Positions 58,525 to 64,000 of a stretch of 64,000 bases of DNA are shown piece by piece; position 1 is the first letter of the stretch, and every line of letters begins with the position of its first letter. Made by a program: the position numbers and the translations under genes. The stretch covers positions 22,265-86,264 of the forward strand of contig JAFQRW010000020.1 in the NCBI GenBank assembly GCA_017409875.1. The letters are read 5' to 3'. The stretch comes from Clostridia bacterium (GTDB lineage Bacteria > Bacillota > Clostridia > RGIG6154). The notes beneath the pieces were generated by a model that saw nothing but the letters and a program-made list of their open reading frames with translations, ran no database searches and was not told where the DNA came from.

Positions 58525-58809
58525 ATGAAATATTACACAATAGATTTTACCGGTGTTGTCGATTTGTCGGATTTTTATCAAAGGATAATAAAAGGCCTTG
58601 AATTTCCCGACTGGTGCGGGGAAAGCTTAGATGCTATATGGGATATGCTTACGGAATATATAGAAACTCCTGCTCATATTACTGTAATTGATGGGATTTC
58701 TCTGACAAGTATTATGACGGATAAATATAAGGTGTTAAAGGAAATCTTTGACAGAGCAGTTAAATGGTATGCCAAATATGATGAGAAATTGATTTTTATT
58801 TATAAGTGA
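58525..58809 (+). CDS. barstar-like immunity protein (paralogue 2)
   Basis: LSDFYQRIIKGLEFPDWCGESLDAIWDML. Confidence 0.85.
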   Translation: MKYYTIDFTGVVDLSDFYQRIIKGLEFPDWCGESLDAIWDMLTEYIETPAHITVIDGISLTSIMTDKYKVLKEIFDRAVKWYAKYDEKLIFIYK

Positions 58810-58859
58810 GATAAATATGGGAAATCCCCTATGACAAATTATTTGTCATAGGGGATTTT

Positions 58860-59429
58860 TTAATAAAACTTCTTCTTATTTTTAAGCTCATTTAACTGGT
58901 TCATTATTTCGCCAAAGCGTTGGAAGTGCACGATTTCTCTTTCACGTAAGAACTTAATCGGGTCAATAACATCAGGGTCGTCAGCCATATCTAAGATATA
59001 TTCATAAGTTGAGCGAGCTTTTTGCTCGGCGCCCATATCTTCTGCGATATCGGTAATCGGGTCGCCTTTAACCTGTAAAGCTGCAGCAGTAAAAGGCTCG
59101 CCTGTAGAAGATGCAGGATAAACGCCAAGTCCGTGGTTAACATAAATCGGGCTGTACTCGTCTGCAATCTGCTCTTTTCCGCTTCCCTTTAAAAGCTGCC
59201 TAACAATGGTTGCCACAATTTCCATGTGAGCAAGCTCTTCGGTACCGATATCAGTGAGCAGGCCTTTAGCCTCTTTGGTAGGCATTGCGTAGCGCTGAGA
59301 AAGATAACGAAGCGACGCACCAAGCTCACCGTCAGGTCCACCGTACTGTGATAAAATAAGCTGAGCCATTTTAGGGTCCGGTCTTTTGATATTAACCGGA
59401 TATTCAAGATTTTTTTGATAAATCCACAT
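58860..59429 (-). CDS. cotJC: spore coat protein CotJC (manganese catalase family)
   Basis: GGPDGELGASLRYLSQRY and EELAHMEIV di-metal motifs. Confidence 0.88.
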   Translation of the reverse strand: MWIYQKNLEYPVNIKRPDPKMAQLILSQYGGPDGELGASLRYLSQRYAMPTKEAKGLLTDIGTEELAHMEIVATIVRQLLKGSGKEQIADEYSPIYVNHGLGVYPASSTGEPFTAAALQVKGDPITDIAEDMGAEQKARSTYEYILDMADDPDVIDPIKFLREREIVHFQRFGEIMNQLNELKNKKKFY

Positions 59430-59446
59430 TTTTTAAAAAATCCTCC

Positions 59447-59698
59447 TTAATTAAACATTTTTTCCCATGGCCAAGGATCTTGTATCCATGTCCATTCGTT
59501 TTTGCTTATTGTACCCGGAGTAAGTGTGCCGTAGATTTGTTCATATTCTTTTTTCAAATCTTCATACTCTTTTTGAAGCTCACAAAATGTCTTTATTGTG
59601 TTAGCATCCTGAGGATGAGTATCAAGATAAAGGTTTAAATCAATCATAGAAAAATGGAGCGCCATAAGCTGGCAGAGCATATCTTTACCGTTCATCAT
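59447..59698 (-). CDS. cotJB: spore coat protein CotJB
   Basis: LHFSMIDLNLYLDTHP...YGTLT...WTWIQDPWPWE. Confidence 0.85.
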   Translation of the reverse strand: MMNGKDMLCQLMALHFSMIDLNLYLDTHPQDANTIKTFCELQKEYEDLKKEYEQIYGTLTPGTISKNEWTWIQDPWPWEKMFN

Positions 59699-59879
59699 TT
59701 TTAAACCTCCAAAACTTATATGGCATAAAAAGCGCCGGATAAATTGTGCCGCTCATTAAAGCTTCCATAGGCTCAAACATATCTTCGCCCTCTCTTTGGG
59801 TTACAACCCATGCCTGAGCATAAGGAAGGGTTTTAGAAGCGCCGATACCTTCGCCATACGGCATACATTTATTATTCAT
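59685..59879 (-). CDS. cotJA: spore coat-associated protein CotJA
   Basis: LPYAQAWVVTQ...EALMSGTIYPALFMPY. Confidence 0.8.
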   Translation of the reverse strand: MNNKCMPYGEGIGASKTLPYAQAWVVTQREGEDMFEPMEALMSGTIYPALFMPYKFWRFKNDER

Positions 59880-59983
59880 AAAAAAGTTCCTTTCATATAA
59901 ACTGAAGAATGCATCTTCAATTTATTTTATGACGGAGTTATATTTTTGTGAAAGATAGCATATCATCTTTAAAAGGTGAAAAT

Positions 59984-60634
59984 ATGAAAGCATTGGTCAT
60001 AAGGAAAATTCGGGGAAAAATCTTTGGTAAAAATAAAACACAGAGTGAGATTGAAAAAGACGATATAAAAATAACAATTTTATATGCAAGGTCTGCAAAA
60101 AAAGCAAAAAAGATAATAAAAACTTTTGAATATGACTGCATTTTTTCGTGTGATTTCAAAGAGCTTAACACAAAAACAGACAGCCTTATGAGTGTTTTAC
60201 CTGCAAAAACGCTTGAAAAGATTGCATCCCGTCATGGAGTGAGTCTGGAAGAAACTCCCATCGGAGTAAATGTAGAAAATTTAAATCAAAAAAATAAGGA
60301 AATACTGTCAAGTCTTGCGCTTTGTGTAAGATTTATGACTGTTTATACTTCTCTTAAGGACGAGGAGTTTGAATTTTTAATGGAAGATGCAGGAATTTCT
60401 CCGGTTATTATCAATTCAAATGACTTTAAGGAAGAAATTACAGTTATTTTAGGAGAAGAATTTTTAATAAAAAGTAGTGCAAGCGGAAAAACATATTATG
60501 ATATAAAAACTGAGCTTTCAAAAGATTTTGATGAATATTTTCTGCCTGAGGAGAATATGATTTTTTCGGAATATATAAAGCAAAGCCTTAACGAGCAGAA
60601 AAATGTCAAAATAAGAGAGTTAATGTCAAAATAA
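59984..60634 (+). CDS. hypothetical protein (216 aa)
   Basis: ORF with an AAAGGTGA RBS before ATG 59984. No motif recognised. Confidence 0.55.
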   Translation: MKALVIRKIRGKIFGKNKTQSEIEKDDIKITILYARSAKKAKKIIKTFEYDCIFSCDFKELNTKTDSLMSVLPAKTLEKIASRHGVSLEETPIGVNVENLNQKNKEILSSLALCVRFMTVYTSLKDEEFEFLMEDAGISPVIINSNDFKEEITVILGEEFLIKSSASGKTYYDIKTELSKDFDEYFLPEENMIFSEYIKQSLNEQKNVKIRELMSK

Positions 60635-60639
60635 TGATA

Positions 60640-60668
60640 TTGACAAACCCCTAAAACACGTGTATAAT
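60640..60668 (+). promoter_or_regulatory. consensus sigma-A promoter of greA
   Basis: TTGACA-17 nt-TATAAT with TG immediately upstream of the -10. Confidence 0.7.
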
Positions 60669-60710
60669 GGGGGAATGTTAGGTGATAACATAAGAAATGG
60701 AGATAGTGTA

Positions 60711-61181
60711 ATGAGTATAAAACAGATAACAATAACCAGAGAGGGTTATGACAGACTGGTTGCCGAGCTTGAGCATTTAAAAACTGTAACAAGAGGCGAA
60801 GTTGCAGAGAGATTAAAGCTTGCACGTTCATACGGCGACCTTTCGGAAAATTCTGAATACGATGAAGCTAAAGACGAACAGGCAAGAGTGGAAAACAAGA
60901 TTTTAGAGCTTGAAAATACAATTAAAAATGCAAAAATTATGGAAGCGGCAACAGATAAATCACAAGTATCTTTCGGTTCAACAGTCAGAATTTTTGATAT
61001 GGAATTTGAAGAAGAAGAAACATATATAATAGTAGGCTCAAAAGAGGTTGACCCAGCAAATAACAAAATTTCTTCTGAGTGCCCGCTTGGAAAAGCATTA
61101 ATAGGAGCAAAAGCAGAAGATATTGTTACGGTAAAAACACAAGAGAGCGAATATCAGGTAAAAGTTTTAGAAATTTTATAA
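60711..61181 (+). CDS. greA: transcription elongation factor GreA
   Basis: ITREGYDRLVAELEHLK...YGDLSENSEYDEAKDEQ. Confidence 0.92.
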   Translation: MSIKQITITREGYDRLVAELEHLKTVTRGEVAERLKLARSYGDLSENSEYDEAKDEQARVENKILELENTIKNAKIMEAATDKSQVSFGSTVRIFDMEFEEEETYIIVGSKEVDPANNKISSECPLGKALIGAKAEDIVTVKTQESEYQVKVLEIL

Positions 61182-61187
61182 AATTAA

Positions 61188-61215
61188 AAGCAGTTTTAAA
61201 CTGCTTTTGTTTTTT
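61188..61215 (+). terminator. rho-independent terminator
   Basis: AAGCAGTT-tta-AACTGCTT hairpin plus a T run. Confidence 0.75.
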
Positions 61216-61225
61216 AAGGAGAAAA

Positions 61226-61912
61226 ATGGAAAGATTTTCACGAACAGAAAAGTTAATAGGAAAACAAGCAGTTAAGATTTTACAAAAATCCAAAGTGTGC
61301 ATTTTTGGTGTTGGCGGAGTTGGCGGTTACGCAGCCGAGGCGCTTTGCCGTGCAGGCGTAGGCAGGATTGATGTTGTTGATGCCGATACTGTATCACAAA
61401 GCAATATAAACCGACAGATTATTGCACTTTCAAGCACTGTGGGGATGCCAAAAGTGGATGTAATCAAAAACAGGCTTGAAGATATTAATCCTGATATTAT
61501 GGTTAATGCTTTTAAAATGTTTTATCTTCCTGAAAACAGTCATTTGATTGACTTTAAGGAGTACGATTATATCATAGATGCAGTGGACACCGTGTCTGCC
61601 AAAATAGAAATAATAGTAAAAGCAAAAGAGGCAGGAGTTAAGGCAGTAAGCGCCATGGGAGCAGGAAACAAATTGGACGCCACACAATTTGAAATTACCG
61701 ATTTATACAAAACCTCAGGCTGTCCACTCGCAAGAGTTATGAGAAAAGAGCTCCGCGCAAGAGGAATAGATAGACTTAACGTGGTTTATTCAAAAGAAGA
61801 ACCTAAAAAATCGGCTGAAGGTGATAAAACCCCGTCAAGCATATCGTATGTGCCGCCTGTCTGTGGCCTTTTACTGGCACAAAAAGTAATAACCGATTTA
61901 ATAAATAAATAG
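61226..61912 (+). CDS. tcdA: tRNA threonylcarbamoyladenosine dehydratase (ThiF/E1-like)
   Basis: RFSRTEKLIG...VCIFGVGGVGGYAAEALCRAGVGRIDVVDADTVSQSNINRQ. Confidence 0.8.
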   Translation: MERFSRTEKLIGKQAVKILQKSKVCIFGVGGVGGYAAEALCRAGVGRIDVVDADTVSQSNINRQIIALSSTVGMPKVDVIKNRLEDINPDIMVNAFKMFYLPENSHLIDFKEYDYIIDAVDTVSAKIEIIVKAKEAGVKAVSAMGAGNKLDATQFEITDLYKTSGCPLARVMRKELRARGIDRLNVVYSKEEPKKSAEGDKTPSSISYVPPVCGLLLAQKVITDLINK

Positions 61913-62237
61913 AAAAAGGGATGTAAAAATTCGAAGAATTTTTACATCCCTTTTTAGTTTTGATGGAACATTTAAAGAATTGGCAGACACTTAAGAATCT
62001 CAAATAAATTAATAAAAAAACGGTCGTAAAATGTCAAAAAAGCTTTATGCAAAGCCATTTGTTACAAAAAATTAAAAAATCGGGCAAAATTGAAGTTGTA
62101 AACAATTTTTTTGAGTTATCAACCGGTTTTTGAACAAAACAAGCCCTATAAATGCGTGTTTTAGCATAGTTATCTACAATTTTAGAGCTTGAGCGGTGTA
62201 GATAACTCGAATAAAATTTCAAATTTTTCCAATTATG

Positions 62238-64000
62238 TTACGAATTTTTTAAGTTTTCGTTCTGGTTGTAATCGTCTATCATTTTTTGAAGTTTTTTGTC
62301 GGCATCCTCCAAATCTTTTATAAAGCTTGATGCAGGTATTCTTAAAGCTCCTGTACCGAAAATTATAAGCTGTTCTAATGCGTCGCTTGTGGCAACAGAA
62401 ACCTTGTGTTTTTTTTCTAACTTATGAACGCATTTTTCAATGTAGCTATCTGCAGTTTCTGCCTCTTTTGTGTAAACAACAGAAATATTTCCGCATTTTT
62501 CAACCTCACCACGATTTCCTTTTACCTTATAAGCATCAAAAACAACAATTATTTCTTTTGAAGTTGTTATTTTGTAACGCATAAGACGGTCAATTAAAAC
62601 GTCTCTTGCGTGCTCTAAGCTGTCTTTTGCAAGCTCTGTTAACTTTTGGTCTGCAAAAATAATGTTATAGCCGTCAACTAAAAGGTAATGGTCTTTTGGC
62701 TCAGGAACTGAAACTTTTTTGGTTTTTTCAGGCTGATTAACGTTTTTCGGAGTGTTAAGCACATTTAAGTCTTTGTGCTGGATTTTGCCGTAGGTAAGCT
62801 CAAAAATTCTCATAAGCTCGTCGTCGCTTGCACGCACAAAAGACTGCCTTTTTACAGGGGTTAAAACAATTTCTTCCTGTTTGTTTAAAAGCACGCTTTC
62901 TAAATGCATATTTTGGGTTACTTCGTTCCAGGCAACGGTGTATACTGCTCCGTGCGCACAAAAGACTGAGCCACACGGATTTTCAAGGTCTGAGTCGGGA
63001 TTGTACCCAATTCTATCAATTACCTCCTGCTGATTTGTGCAAGGCAGATATCCCTTTAAACAGCAGTTTAACCTTCCCTCGCCTTTTGTGTAGTTTACAA
63101 CAGTTTTCTGGTAGCCTTGCATCTTGCTAACAGGCACCGAGCCTGAAATAACAGAAAAATCGCCTTTTATATCAGGAAGTGAAACTGTCGCACCCATTTG
63201 ATTAAGGTCTGTTAAAGCACGTCCTGCTGACTTTTGCGGAACTTCTAACGTAAATTCATACCAAGGCTCTAACAGCACACTTTCTGCGCATCTTAACCCA
63301 TGACGTACAGCACGGTAAGTAGCCTGCCTGAAATCTCCGCCTTCGGTGTGCTTTAAGTGTGCTTTGCCTGATTTTAATGTGATTTTAATATCTGTAATTG
63401 CAGAGCCTGTTAAAACGCCGATATGAGTTTTTTCAGACAAATGCGACATAATAAGCCGCTGCCAGTTTCTGTCAAGCATATCCTCGCTGCAATTTGATGC
63501 ATAAACTACGCCGCTTCCGGGCTTTAAAGGTTCAAGCAAAAGATGCACTTCTGCATAGTGGCGAAGCGGCTCGTAATGGCCTACGCCCTCGGTTTTTGAT
63601 TTTATTGTTTCTTTATAGATAATTGAGCCTTGCTCAAATTTTAAGTCAAGTTCAAATCTTTCAAGTAAAATGCGTTTTATAATCTCAAGCTGAACATCTC
63701 CCATAAGATGAACGGTAATTTCTCCGTTTCCCGAGTTATATGAGCATTTTAACATATTTTCTTCTTCAAGTTTTTTAAGGTGCCTTAGAGCAGTTATTTT
63801 GTCATATCCTTCAGGCAGGATAACCGAATAGTTAAAAACAGGCTCAGATATTATCCCGATACTGTCTTTTTGAACGCCTATTCCTTGCCCCATACGGCTT
63901 TCGCTTAAGCCCGTAACAGCAACAACATCTCCCGGAAGAGCTTTTTGCAAGCACTCATACTTAGCGCCCGAATAAACTCTTATTTCGTTTACTTTTTCGT
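62238..64000 (-). CDS. EF-G/TetM-like translational GTPase (domains II-V seen; N-terminus outside the window) fused to a C-terminal Rae1/YacP-type NYN domain
   Basis: The frame stays open to position 64000 (..EKVNEIRVYSGAKYECLQKALPGDVVAVTGL). It contains GHYEPLRHYAEVHLLLEP and LLEPWYEF, which are EF-G/TetM-like. The last ~170 aa (HYLLVDGYNIIF...VVFDAYKVKG...VVYTKEAETADSYIE...VATSDALEQ) are YacP/Rae1-like. Confidence 0.8.
   Translation of the reverse strand, partial: EKVNEIRVYSGAKYECLQKALPGDVVAVTGLSESRMGQGIGVQKDSIGIISEPVFNYSVILPEGYDKITALRHLKKLEEENMLKCSYNSGNGEITVHLMGDVQLEIIKRILLERFELDLKFEQGSIIYKETIKSKTEGVGHYEPLRHYAEVHLLLEPLKPGSGVVYASNCSEDMLDRNWQRLIMSHLSEKTHIGVLTGSAITDIKITLKSGKAHLKHTEGGDFRQATYRAVRHGLRCAESVLLEPWYEFTLEVPQKSAGRALTDLNQMGATVSLPDIKGDFSVISGSVPVSKMQGYQKTVVNYTKGEGRLNCCLKGYLPCTNQQEVIDRIGYNPDSDLENPCGSVFCAHGAVYTVAWNEVTQNMHLESVLLNKQEEIVLTPVKRQSFVRASDDELMRIFELTYGKIQHKDLNVLNTPKNVNQPEKTKKVSVPEPKDHYLLVDGYNIIFADQKLTELAKDSLEHARDVLIDRLMRYKITTSKEIIVVFDAYKVKGNRGEVEKCGNISVVYTKEAETADSYIEKCVHKLEKKHKVSVATSDALEQLIIFGTGALRIPASSFIKDLEDADKKLQKMIDDYNQNENLKNS

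Overview
Low-GC Firmicutes (Clostridia-like spore former) chromosomal segment. All calls rest on reading the sequence and on recalled family motifs. No searches were run. Core genes: rplM (partial), tRNA-Arg, ssrA/smpB, murT/gatD, hydF, a GGGtGRT/NifU-like pair, serS, parB/parA, an SLH wall protein, tRNA-Leu, tRNA-Pro, metF/metH, the replication cluster dnaA-dnaN-remB-recF-gyrB-gyrA (minus strand), pyrR, rpiB, cotJABC, greA and tcdA. The window ends in an EF-G/TetM-like GTPase fused to a Rae1/YacP NYN domain. Accessory and unusual content: (1) A ~14.9 kb integrative element (about 15831-30685) sits in the 3' end of the GGGtGRT gene, bounded by 83-bp perfect direct repeats, with a tyrosine integrase at the right edge. 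It carries a Schlafen/AlbA_2 protein, a TIR protein with a large unknown C-terminal domain, ArdC, an FtsK-like ATPase, a serine resolvase and a 7-gene operon under a divergent XRE regulator. That operon (UvrD-like helicase, HIRAN, LRR, two YbjN-like proteins, a TM/zinc-ribbon protein, a small protein) is my best candidate for an undescribed defence-type system, and the TIR protein is second. (2) Two diverged cassettes encode a mini-MuF-barnase toxin plus barstar immunity (14.7 kb and 58 kb). The second is flanked by an orphan cotJC tail that differs from the live gene only at synonymous sites. (3) A small XRE/ImmA module has palindromic operators (11.5-13.1 kb). (4) Duplication scars surround ssrA and tRNA-Arg, namely an 80-bp repeat of the ssrA 3' end and a tRNA-Arg-like copy without a T arm. 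(5) A REP-like intergenic repeat family and parS-like sites are present.
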